Below the pieces are notes generated by a model. It made no database searches. It was not told the origin of the DNA and saw only the letters and a program-made list of their open reading frames with translations. The translations under genes and the position numbers were made by a program. Source: a virus (lineage: Duplodnaviria; Caudoviricetes). From it: a DNA stretch of 32,602 bases. Shown in pieces: positions 23,918 through 32,335 of this stretch; positions within the stretch are counted from its first letter, which is position 1; the number at the start of each line of letters is the position of its first letter. Where the stretch lies: the IMG/VR virus record IMGVR_UViG_3300048850_000167, positions 1-32,602 of that record; one strand, given 5' to 3'.

Positions 23918-24332
23918 CGGCGGTCTCCATGCGCAGGGCGGCGTCGCGCGCGGCCTCCGCGGCGGTACGGGCAAGGGCAGAGTCGGTGGCGGCCTTGGTC
24001 TCCCGGGCGCGCATGGCATCGGCGAGCAGCTGGGCGGTCTCCTGGTCGCTCTTCGCCTTGAAGGCGACAGCGGTGGTGACGGCGGTGCGGCAGCGCTGCC
24101 CGCGATCGAAGGTGACCTTCACCGCCTTGCCGTTGCTGTCGACGCGGTCCTCGGCCGAGCCTTCGAACGGGGCACCTGCTCCGGCGCAGGTGACCTCTGC
24201 CCATTGCACCAGAGCGTCGCGCTCGGCGCGGGTTTCGGCGAACTGTACGTAGATCCAGGCGGCCACGGCGGCGAGAGCGAGCAGCGTCAGCCACTCGCGT
24301 GCCGCGCCGATCGCGGCGAACAGCTTTTTCAC
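23829..24332 (-). CDS. Inner-membrane spanin (Rz/LysB-like)
   Basis: GTG overlaps the endolysin stop; N-terminal TM helix then Ala-rich coiled coil. Confidence 0.8.
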   Translation of the reverse strand: MKKLFAAIGAAREWLTLLALAAVAAWIYVQFAETRAERDALVQWAEVTCAGAGAPFEGSAEDRVDSNGKAVKVTFDRGQRCRTAVTTAVAFKAKSDQETAQLLADAMRARETKAATDSALARTAAEAARDAALRMETADAEASATNRVDRPWFAALNDVAGLRAPRR

Positions 24333-24835
24333 GGCAAATCCTTTCGGCAGAGGTCGCGTTCGGCGCGGCGGCGATTGACCAGGCCCTGCACGACGCGGCC
24401 GCCGGCCTTGTTCCACATGAGGAAGGCGTCGCAAGCACCCGCCCAGTCGCCGGCATTGAAGCGGCGGGCGACCGTGGATCCGCAATAGCCCTTGGTGCCG
24501 ATGTTGTAGGCGAGCGAGATCGCGGCCGCGAGTTGGTTTGGCCGCCCCTTGAGCCTGGGCGTGCAGGCGAGCACCGGCGCGGCGTGCGCCGCAAGCTGGC
24601 GATCCTCGCGCGCGTCACAGCCCGCGGAGGTCTCCACCATCCCAGGCTTCACATTGGTCGTGTCGCCACCGCAGATGGTCCAGACGCCGACTATGTCGCG
24701 ATAGGCGACGAGGTGCTCTTTGCCGCCGTTTTCCCAGGTCGAAACGAACGGCGCCACGACTGCGGCCGTGGCGAGGCCAACAGCGGCAACCAGGCGAGTG
24801 AGGCGCGCGGGTGCGCGTGAGGCGGGGTTGCTCAC
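24329..24835 (-). CDS. GH24 lysozyme endolysin with probable SAR N-terminus
   Basis: E...AYRDIVGVWTICGGDT, AYNIG, WNKAGGRV..GL.NRR; Ala/Gly-rich N-terminal helix. Confidence 0.93.
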   Translation of the reverse strand: MSNPASRAPARLTRLVAAVGLATAAVVAPFVSTWENGGKEHLVAYRDIVGVWTICGGDTTNVKPGMVETSAGCDAREDRQLAAHAAPVLACTPRLKGRPNQLAAAISLAYNIGTKGYCGSTVARRFNAGDWAGACDAFLMWNKAGGRVVQGLVNRRRAERDLCRKDLP

Positions 24836-25176
24836 TTCGTATCCTTTCGGGCGGGCAGGAAACGGTCGCGGAGCGCTGCCGGCAGGCTTACGACCACGTC
24901 GGCTGCGGCGGCGATGAAGCGCGGCGTCGACTTGTAGGCGATCATTCCGGCGAGGAAGCCGATGCCCTGCAGCACGAAGGGGTTGAGGTTGACCGTGGCG
25001 CCGAGCGCGCGGGCAACGAAGAACGAGACAATCGTACCGGCGGCCAACTGGGTGAAGCGTTCCGCCCAGCTGAGCCCTTTCTCATGCGCTAAGCCGACCG
25101 CGGAGCCGATCGCGCCGGGAGTCAGGCCGATCACGAAAGTCTGTGCGGCTTCGAGCCACTCGTGCGGGATCTTCAT
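24832..25176 (-). CDS. Holin (about three TM segments)
   Basis: Between X and the endolysin; hydrophobic segments and basic C-terminus. Confidence 0.7.
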   Translation of the reverse strand: MKIPHEWLEAAQTFVIGLTPGAIGSAVGLAHEKGLSWAERFTQLAAGTIVSFFVARALGATVNLNPFVLQGIGFLAGMIAYKSTPRFIAAAADVVVSLPAALRDRFLPARKDTK

Positions 25177-25179
25177 GGG

Positions 25180-25389
25180 TCAATCCCACAGCTGGACGAG
25201 GTCGACGTCGGGCGAGCTCGCGGAGGTTTCGGGGAGGGTGACGACGGTGCCTTCCGGCAGCGCAGTGCCGATCGCGGCCATGCCCGGGTTGAGGGCGAAG
25301 ACCTGGTCGACGGCGGCCGAGCCGCCGCCGGTCGCGCGCCAGACCAGTGCGTCGAGCGGTTCGCCCGCAAAGGCAGTGGCGGTGGCCAT
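25180..25389 (-). CDS. X: Tail protein X
   Basis: GEPLDALVWR, V...NPG.A..G..LP.GT.V.LP, VQLWD. Confidence 0.92.
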   Translation of the reverse strand: MATATAFAGEPLDALVWRATGGGSAAVDQVFALNPGMAAIGTALPEGTVVTLPETSASSPDVDLVQLWD

Positions 25390-25874
25390 CAGACGAGCCG
25401 AACCTTGGTGCGGCGCTTGCCTTGGATGTCGCGCACGCAATGGGTCGCGAGCCGGCGATGGTCGTCAGCCGGGCTGGCCATGATGCGCTCGCGTTCCCGG
25501 CCGCCGTCCGTTGCGGACAGCTGGTGCTGGTTGTCGACGAGCTCGGCCGCCGTCGCAGCGCGGACAGCACGCGGGTAGAGCAACGCGAGCTCAGCCGCGG
25601 TGACGCGATCGTCGCCGGCCGAGGCCAGGTCCGTCGCGCCGGCGGCGGCGCGGGCCGCGCGCCAGGTGCGCAACTGGCGGTTGATCGAAAGCATGGCGCC
25701 CTCGATCGCGTCGCGCAGCCGGGCGTCGGTGATGGCGGTAGTGAGGGCGAGAATCTCGCGGGTGTTCGCCAGCGACAGCGGCGGGTACCAGCCATCGTTC
25801 GGGATCTCGTCGCCGATCGGCGCCGGCGCCGGCGCTGCGGCAGAGGCGGGCGGGGTGGAGACGAAGGCGGACAT
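25389..25874 (-). CDS. L: Head completion protein gpL
   Basis: IPNDGWYP, ITDARL, LY.RAV...A.AEL, RDIQG..R..V.L. Confidence 0.9.
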   Translation of the reverse strand: MSAFVSTPPASAAAPAPAPIGDEIPNDGWYPPLSLANTREILALTTAITDARLRDAIEGAMLSINRQLRTWRAARAAAGATDLASAGDDRVTAAELALLYPRAVRAATAAELVDNQHQLSATDGGRERERIMASPADDHRRLATHCVRDIQGKRRTKVRLV

Positions 25875-25905
25875 GGGGCGGGCGATCCTAAAACGGCGCC
25901 GCTAG

Positions 25906-25969
25906 CGGGGGGTGAGGAGCGATCTAGGGCTTGGACCTATGGTCGGCCGTCGATCGACACCGCCCCCCG
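25906..25969. other. Long imperfect hairpin in the intergenic region upstream of L
   Basis: CGGGGGG/CCCCCCG outer stem, CGATC/GATCG middle stem, GACC-TAT-GGTC inner hairpin. Confidence 0.55.
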
Positions 25970-25990
25970 AGCGCTCGCGGGACGAGAGGG

Positions 25991-26227
25991 TCAATGCCGC
26001 CGTGAGGCGACATAATATCTGAGCTTGAGGCCGGCGTAGCGGAGCATGCGCCACAGTCCCGGAAGGTCCGGGCGGTGCAGGAAGTACAGCCACCAGGTGA
26101 TCGCTCGCCACAGCCGCGTCCGCGCCGGCATCGGGAAGTCAGCGTCGATTACGGCCCAGGCCGCGGCGGTAATCAGCCACCCGGTCACGTAGATCCGCAG
26201 GACCAGGAGCAGCAGGAAGCCGATCAT
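25991..26227 (-). CDS. Small Trp-rich membrane protein between M and L
   Basis: ATGA overlap with the M stop; N-terminal hydrophobic helix; basic C-terminus. Confidence 0.6.
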   Translation of the reverse strand: MIGFLLLLVLRIYVTGWLITAAAWAVIDADFPMPARTRLWRAITWWLYFLHRPDLPGLWRMLRYAGLKLRYYVASRRH

Positions 26228-26976
26228 GCGTCGTCCCCATCGATCGCCGCCAGCTTGCGGATCTCGCGCTCAAGGCGCTGCTTTTCCTTTTTCACGCCAC
26301 AGCTGCCGTCGAGCTCGAGAGCTCGGCTCATGTGCTTCACTGCCCGCTCGAGCGCAGCGCGCTTGCCGCCGGCGACACCGTCGGCGTCCGGTTCCATGGC
26401 GTCGGCAACGCGCGCCATCTTGAAACCGAGCGCCTTCTCCAGCTTTGCGCGGACCTGGTCCGGCATGTCGTGGACCTCGGTGAGATCGTCGACGCGGCGG
26501 AGCACGTCGAGATCGAAGTCGAGGTCCTGCCCGAACGCCTTGAGCGCAGCCTCGGCCGTCTCTTCAGCGATCAGTGTGCCGGCAGTGCGGTTAAAGCGCT
26601 CGGGCAGGGTCAGGTTGTGGCGCAGGACGTAGTCGGCGAGCGGCAGCGCCGCCTCATAGTCGCCGGTGTCGATGCGCCAGATCAGCATATGGGTGACGAT
26701 GTCGTCCTGTGCGCCGCCCTTGCCGGCGGCATCCGCGGCGAGCACGCCCTCGATCCAATCGTCGTAGGCGGGCAGGAGCTCGCGCTTCAGTTCGACCTTC
26801 GCCTCGGTCGACTGGATTTCCTTCAGGCGACGAAGATCCACGCCAAGCGCTGCCCGCTGGAGCAGATACTCGCCCTGGGCCGGTGTCGGCCGCGTGGTCG
26901 CGATCGCCAGGGTAGAGGCGGACCCCGCGCGCGCAGCGGCGCGCGCGAGGTGTCGCTTGGCGGGGCTCATCGCCAT
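26224..26976 (-). CDS. M: Terminase endonuclease (small) subunit gpM
   Basis: MSPAKRH, DLRRLKEIQS.EAK...KRELLP.Y, W.ID.GD, GVKK. Confidence 0.93.
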   Translation of the reverse strand: MAMSPAKRHLARAAARAGSASTLAIATTRPTPAQGEYLLQRAALGVDLRRLKEIQSTEAKVELKRELLPAYDDWIEGVLAADAAGKGGAQDDIVTHMLIWRIDTGDYEAALPLADYVLRHNLTLPERFNRTAGTLIAEETAEAALKAFGQDLDFDLDVLRRVDDLTEVHDMPDQVRAKLEKALGFKMARVADAMEPDADGVAGGKRAALERAVKHMSRALELDGSCGVKKEKQRLEREIRKLAAIDGDDA

Positions 26977-26980
26977 CGGA

Positions 26981-28003
26981 TCAGGCCTCCGTAGACGGCA
27001 GGATCTCGATGTTCTCGACCATGCAGGCGAGATCGAAATCCTCCACGACATAGCCCTCATTCGAGGACTGGTAGTCGGCGACCCGGTTGAACTGCGGCTC
27101 CTCCACGATGTGGCGGCGACGCTTGCCGTTCTGATAATAGAGCGACAGGTTCTTGAACGGCGTGATCAGCACGGCGTTGTCGACCATGAACGGCACCTCG
27201 GCCGCCTGGCGGCCGCCCAGGCGCTTCGACGACAGGATCAGGTCGCGCGCGATCTGCTCCGTCGGCTTCTCTTCCTGGTTGATGAGCGGGAAATACTTGT
27301 CGTGCAGCAGGCCGGCGCCGCAGATCGCGACCAGGTCGGTGCGACCCTTCGCCCAGCTGGGCAGCAGCGATTGCACGGCGTCCCAAACCAGGGCGTCGAC
27401 AGTGGCATAGTCGCCGCCGGCGCCGACGGTCACCTTGCCTGCGACCTTGCTGCCCTCGTCCATGACGCGGATCTGGTTGTGCTTCCGCATCTGCTCTAGC
27501 CAACCGATGTTCATGTCCTGGAGCAGCGTTTTCGCCGGGTCGTGCGCCTTCGCGGTCTCCACGCCGTTGAAACCGATCATGATACGGTCGAGCTGGATCC
27601 GTTCGACGATCGCGCCTTGGATGCGAGTTTCGAAGTCGGGGAACTTCGCCCAGGCGTCGAGCTTGCCATACGGCAGGAAGGTGTCGAAGTTCGTCTGGGC
27701 GAGCTCGTAACCGAGGCCGTCCATGCCCGTCGGGTCGATGGGGTTGCGGCGGTTGTTGCCGCTGGTGTCGGTGCGGTTCGCGATCGGGCCGCCCATCGTG
27801 ATCCCGACCTTCTCGCCCTTGAGCTCGTCGACCGGAAAGACGTTGATCTGCGACAGGAACGCGCTCGATTCCTGAGTGCGGGTCTCGAGCTTCTGTTCGA
27901 CGCTCGGATCGACGGTGAAGGTCTTGTCGACGCGGGTCACGCCGTTGAGGGTGGCGATGTTCTCTTCGTAGGCGTTGAAGAGTTCGCGGGTGTCGTTGCG
28001 CAT
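26981..28003 (-). CDS. N: Major capsid protein gpN (P2 family)
   Basis: MRNDTR, F.V.PSVEQ.LE...QESS.FL, LDAWAKF.DF, LDRIMIGFNG, S.NEGYVVED. Confidence 0.97.
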   Translation of the reverse strand: MRNDTRELFNAYEENIATLNGVTRVDKTFTVDPSVEQKLETRTQESSAFLSQINVFPVDELKGEKVGITMGGPIANRTDTSGNNRRNPIDPTGMDGLGYELAQTNFDTFLPYGKLDAWAKFPDFETRIQGAIVERIQLDRIMIGFNGVETAKAHDPAKTLLQDMNIGWLEQMRKHNQIRVMDEGSKVAGKVTVGAGGDYATVDALVWDAVQSLLPSWAKGRTDLVAICGAGLLHDKYFPLINQEEKPTEQIARDLILSSKRLGGRQAAEVPFMVDNAVLITPFKNLSLYYQNGKRRRHIVEEPQFNRVADYQSSNEGYVVEDFDLACMVENIEILPSTEA

Positions 28004-28063
28004 CGTGGTCTCCGGGGGCGGCGCGGGGCGGCCGCGAGGAACGGAAGGGGGGAGTGGCGGACC

Positions 28064-28933
28064 TTAGAAGTCGGCGCGGGCGTAGTTGCCGCGGCCGTCA
28101 GCAGCCGGGCGCCGGGGCTTTCCGTCGTCGGTGCTTTCGATCGACGAGTGCAGGTCCGCCTGGTCCTTCTCGACCTTGGCAAGTCGGGTCAGGATCGTGT
28201 CGACGCCGGTGCTGAGCTTCTGCAGGTTGGTGGCGAGCGCACCCATTTGCCGATTGAAGTCGTTGTCGTTGGCAGGCTCCGGTGGGGCGGGCGGTGCCGG
28301 CGGCGTCACTGGCGTCTCCGGCACCTGCTTACCGCGGCCGGTGAAGAACGAGACGATCGTGCCGATCGCAGTGGTGATGTCGCTCGGCGGATCGCCTGCA
28401 GCATCGTCTGCGAATGCGAGGATCACGCCATCGTCGACGGCGCTGAAGAAGTTGCCCGGCGCGTGCTTGCGCTTCGCGAAAGGGTTGGCGTCGCCGGCGC
28501 CGGCGGCGAACAGCATGATCTCGGTGCCGAGCGATGCGGGGCTGTCCGTCATGGCCAGGCCCTGCAGGTACGCCTTGCCACTCTCGGCGAAATTCGGATT
28601 GATCTCGATCGACGGGTAGAGCTTCTGGCCCTTGCCGTTGAGCTCGACCAGGTTGTCGAGCGCGTCCACCTGGGCGAGCAGCGCCAGGCGCTTCTCTTTC
28701 TTGCCACCGATCTCGAGCTCGATCTCTTCCGTCTTCAGCGCAACGACGTCGCCATAGGCGCCGAAGTCGCCGCCCGGCGTGTAGCCGCGAAGGTGCTCCA
28801 TGTTGACGCGGGCGCGGTACGTCACCGGCTTGTAGGTGGCCGCCATGTCGACGATGTCCTGGCGGGAGATCGTGCGACCGTCGCAGGTCGCGCCCTCGGT
28901 CGCGATGCGGAAGAATTGGGACAGCTTGGGCAT
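28064..28933 (-). CDS. O: Capsid scaffolding protein / protease gpO
   Basis: FRIATEGAT.DGR.I, ARVNMEH, AYGDV, YL.GLA.TDSPASLGTE. Confidence 0.95.
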   Translation of the reverse strand: MPKLSQFFRIATEGATCDGRTISRQDIVDMAATYKPVTYRARVNMEHLRGYTPGGDFGAYGDVVALKTEEIELEIGGKKEKRLALLAQVDALDNLVELNGKGQKLYPSIEINPNFAESGKAYLQGLAMTDSPASLGTEIMLFAAGAGDANPFAKRKHAPGNFFSAVDDGVILAFADDAAGDPPSDITTAIGTIVSFFTGRGKQVPETPVTPPAPPAPPEPANDNDFNRQMGALATNLQKLSTGVDTILTRLAKVEKDQADLHSSIESTDDGKPRRPAADGRGNYARADF

Positions 28934-29046
28934 GGTCGTGCGCGCGCTCCGCGAAGGTTGGGTGGACGCGGCCCGGCGGGGAAGGGAACCGGCCGCGTCC
29001 TGAGCCCGCAAAAGGGCCGGAAGCGCGTGCTGGCGCAACGAGGGGG

Positions 29047-29071
29047 TGTTGTAGGTCCGGCACCTACAACA
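29047..29071. promoter_or_regulatory. Late-activator palindrome shared by the divergent O and P genes
   Basis: TGTTGTAGGT-CCGGC-ACCTACAACA. Confidence 0.88.
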
Positions 29072-29117
29072 GCAGGCGCGGGAAAGAGATGGGCGGCCGC
29101 GGCTAGCGTCCGCCGCG

Positions 29118-31244
29118 ATGATCCTGGCCACGCCCCCCTTTGATGCACGCCGGAAGGCAAAGCACTTCTACTGGCAGGGCTATGACTGCGAGCAGATCGC
29201 GGAAATGCTCGAGCTCAACGCCAACACGCTGCGCAGCTGGAAGGCGCGCGACCGTTGGGACGAGACGGCACCGCTCGATCGCGTCGACCAGGCGATCGAG
29301 GCCCGGCTGCAGCTGCTCATCTGGAAGGAGCATCACACCGGCCACGACTTCAAGACCATGGACTCGCTGGGCCGGCTGCTGGAGCGCCAGGCGCGCGTCC
29401 GCCGGCACGGCGCACCCGACGGGCACGACGGTGACCTCAATCCCAAGATCGCGAACCGCAATGCCGGCGAGAAGAAGAAGGCGCGCAAGAACCACCTGAA
29501 CGCCGAGCAAATTCAGGCGTGTATCGACGCCTTTGAAAACGACCTGTTCGACTATCAGCTGAAGTGGCGCGGGCCGAAGGACGACCTGCTCGGATCCAGC
29601 GCGCTTACCACCCGGTTCATCCTCAAGAGCCGGCAGATCGGCGCCACCTATTATTTCGCGCGTGAGGCGTTCATCCGGCTGCTGCAGACGGGCAACAACC
29701 AGATCTTCATCTCGGCAAGCCGGGCCCAGGCGAACAACTTCCGCGCGTACATTATCGATTTCGTGCTGAAGGTGACGGGCGTCAGCCTGCAGGGCGACCC
29801 GATCACGCTAGACCTGAACGATGTCGAGGGGCCGCTTGGTGAATCGCCGAAGCTCTACTTCCTGGGAACCAACTATCGCACGGCGCAGAGCTATCACGGC
29901 GACGTCTACGTCGACGAGGTTTTCTGGGTCCACGGCTTCGAGCAGATCGACGACGTCGCGTCCGCCATGGCGAGCCAGGCGCGCTATCGGATCACCTATT
30001 TCTCGACGCCGTCGACCGTCGCGCACCAGGCGCACGCGCTGTGGAGCGGCGAGAAGTTCAACCGCGATCGCGCCAAGGCCGACCGGGCGAAGTTCGACAT
30101 GTCGGACGAGGCGCTGCGCCGGGGCGTCGTCGGCCCGGACGGCGTGTGGCGCCAGCGGGTCAGCATCCTCGATGCGCAGGCGGGCGGCTGCACGCTGTTT
30201 AATCTCGATCGACTGAAGCTGCGCTATGCGCCGGACGTCTTCGACAATCTCTTCATGTGCAATTTCGTCGACGACAGTTCGTCGATGTTCCCGTTCGCGC
30301 TGATGCGCAGCTGCGCGGTCGACAGCTGGGATGCCTGGTCGAAGGACTTCGATCCCTATGCGCTGCGGCCGTACCGCGATGGCGAGGTGTGGATCGGCTA
30401 CGACCCGGCCGAAAGCGCCACCGGCGACGACGCGGCGCTGGTGATCGTCGCGGCGCCCAAGACACCGGGCGGCAAGTTCCGCGTGCTTGAGAAGCATCGC
30501 CTGAAGGGGCTGGGCTTCCAGGAGCAGGCCGACAAGATCCTCGAGCAGCTGGACCGCTATCACGTCACCTACATCGGCATAGACAGCACCGGCGTCGGCG
30601 CGTCGGTGTTCCAGCTGGTCCAGCGCCGTTTCCCGACGGCGAAGCGCATCGACTATTCGGTGCCGGTCAAGACGCAGATGGTCCTGAAGGCCAAGAGCGT
30701 CATGCAGGCCAAGCGCCTCGAGTTCGACCAGGGCGCCCGCGACATCATGTCGAGCTTCATGTCGATCCGAGCCGAGCTCACGAAGAGCCAGCGCCAGGTC
30801 ACCTATGTCGCGAGCCGCGCCGGCGACACCGGCCATGCGGATCTCGCCTGGGCGATCATGCACGCCCTGGCCAACGAGCCGCTCGATCCCACCGAAACCA
30901 CCACCCGCAAAACCAGAGTAAGGACCTATCCCAATGGCAACGGCCGAAACGAGCCCGGGCAATCCGGAGAGCGCACCCGGCGGCGCGATCGTGACGGCGG
31001 GGGCCCCAACGGTGTCGACCGGCCGCAGCATGCGCGCGTTCCGCTTTGGCGACGCCGAGGCGGTGCTCGATCGCCGGGACCTTATCGCGTACGCCGAGTG
31101 CCGGGCGAACGGCCGCTGGTACGAGCCGCCGCTGCCCATGTCCGGCCTGGCGCGCACCTATCGCGCCACAGCCCATCATTCGAGCGCCATTCAGTACAAG
31201 CGCGACCAGCTGGTGCGACTCTTCGAACCGACCAAGTGGCTTGA
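29118..31244 (+). CDS. P: Terminase ATPase (large) subunit gpP with C-terminal extension into Q
   Basis: YWQG, LKSRQIGAT, YVDEVFW, FSTPS, IGYDP, HADLAWA. Confidence 0.95.
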   Translation: MILATPPFDARRKAKHFYWQGYDCEQIAEMLELNANTLRSWKARDRWDETAPLDRVDQAIEARLQLLIWKEHHTGHDFKTMDSLGRLLERQARVRRHGAPDGHDGDLNPKIANRNAGEKKKARKNHLNAEQIQACIDAFENDLFDYQLKWRGPKDDLLGSSALTTRFILKSRQIGATYYFAREAFIRLLQTGNNQIFISASRAQANNFRAYIIDFVLKVTGVSLQGDPITLDLNDVEGPLGESPKLYFLGTNYRTAQSYHGDVYVDEVFWVHGFEQIDDVASAMASQARYRITYFSTPSTVAHQAHALWSGEKFNRDRAKADRAKFDMSDEALRRGVVGPDGVWRQRVSILDAQAGGCTLFNLDRLKLRYAPDVFDNLFMCNFVDDSSSMFPFALMRSCAVDSWDAWSKDFDPYALRPYRDGEVWIGYDPAESATGDDAALVIVAAPKTPGGKFRVLEKHRLKGLGFQEQADKILEQLDRYHVTYIGIDSTGVGASVFQLVQRRFPTAKRIDYSVPVKTQMVLKAKSVMQAKRLEFDQGARDIMSSFMSIRAELTKSQRQVTYVASRAGDTGHADLAWAIMHALANEPLDPTETTTRKTRVRTYPNGNGRNEPGQSGERTRRRDRDGGGPNGVDRPQHARVPLWRRRGGARSPGPYRVRRVPGERPLVRAAAAHVRPGAHLSRHSPSFERHSVQARPAGATLRTDQVA

Positions 31245-32016
31245 TCGCCGAAACTTCGGCGAGCTCGTCCTGAACTATCTCACCATGGGTAACGGCTACC
31301 TGGAACGGCGCGACAACATCGCGGGACGGCCGCTGAAGCTGGTGCATTCGCCGGCGATCCACACGCGTCGAGGCAGGGAAGACGACAGCTATTTCTGGGT
31401 GCCGCGTTGGCAGGAGGCGACGGAGTTCGCCCCCGGCAGCGTGTTCCAGCTGTTCGAACCCGACCTTGCGCAGGAGATCTACGGGATTCCGGAATATCTG
31501 TCGGCGCTGCAGGCAGCATTCCTCAATGAGCAGGCGACGCTGTTCCGGCGCCGATACTACCAGAACGGCAGCCATGCCGGGTTCGTGTTCTACCTGTCCG
31601 AACCGACGATGAGCGACGAGGACGCGGACGCGATCGAAGATGCACTGGAAGACTCCAAGGGCGTCGGCAACTTCAAGAACCTGTTCATCCACGCACCGGG
31701 CGGCAAAAAGGACGGCGTGCAGATTCTGCCGATCGGCGAGGCGGCCGCGAAGGACGAGTTCCTGAGCGTAAAGGAGACGACGCGCGATGACATCCTGGCA
31801 TCGCACCGCATTCCGCCGATCTTGCTGGGTGTCGTGCCGAAGAACGCGGGCGGCTTCGGCAACATCGTCGAGGCGTCGAACACTTTTCACTACACCGTGA
31901 TCGAGCCGCTGATGATGCGGACGCTTGAGATCAACGACTGGCTGGGTGTTGAGGCAGTGAAATACCGCGACTTTGTGCCGATCACGAAGAGCGGTACCTA
32001 TCCGGCAGACGCCTGA
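30934..32016 (+). CDS. Q: Portal protein gpQ (PBSX family)
   Basis: WYEPP, HHSSAI, QEIYGIPEY, FRRRYYQNGSHAG, SKG.GNFKNLF; AAGGA RBS. Confidence 0.96.
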   Translation: MATAETSPGNPESAPGGAIVTAGAPTVSTGRSMRAFRFGDAEAVLDRRDLIAYAECRANGRWYEPPLPMSGLARTYRATAHHSSAIQYKRDQLVRLFEPTKWLDRRNFGELVLNYLTMGNGYLERRDNIAGRPLKLVHSPAIHTRRGREDDSYFWVPRWQEATEFAPGSVFQLFEPDLAQEIYGIPEYLSALQAAFLNEQATLFRRRYYQNGSHAGFVFYLSEPTMSDEDADAIEDALEDSKGVGNFKNLFIHAPGGKKDGVQILPIGEAAAKDEFLSVKETTRDDILASHRIPPILLGVVPKNAGGFGNIVEASNTFHYTVIEPLMMRTLEINDWLGVEAVKYRDFVPITKSGTYPADA

Positions 32017-32155
32017 CGAGCGACTCTGGCTGCGCTGAACGCCAGCATTGTAGCCGGCGGGAGCGATACCTCCGTGCGGATGCTTCCGTAGGAGCACCCG
32101 TTGGGCTCGGCGGCCGGTTTCAAGCATGATGCGCCCCCTTTTTCAGGAGGTGTCG

Positions 32156-32335
32156 ATGCCGAACTCGGAGAGCTTGTCGCCTGAAGCGCGGCTGGCGAAC
32201 TTGCAGCGGCGGCTAGAGGCGGCGGAAAGGGCCAACGACGCCAGTAGCGGGCATCATCGGTCAGGCAGCGCGTGCCAAGGGAAGAGCGGCTGCCCTAAGG
32301 CTATCAATGGATCGCCGGTTAGCGGACCAGAATGA
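32156..32335 (+). CDS. Short hypothetical ORF, possibly a remnant
   Basis: Strong AGGAGG RBS before the ATG at 32156; 3' end overlaps the convergent ORF. Confidence 0.35.
   Translation: MPNSESLSPEARLANLQRRLEAAERANDASSGHHRSGSACQGKSGCPKAINGSPVSGPE

Noticed and set aside
17147-29071. Palindromic repeats as CRISPR repeats or terminators
   Set aside because: Dispersed by kilobases, no spacers or cas genes, no U-tracts, all at a fixed distance upstream of late genes
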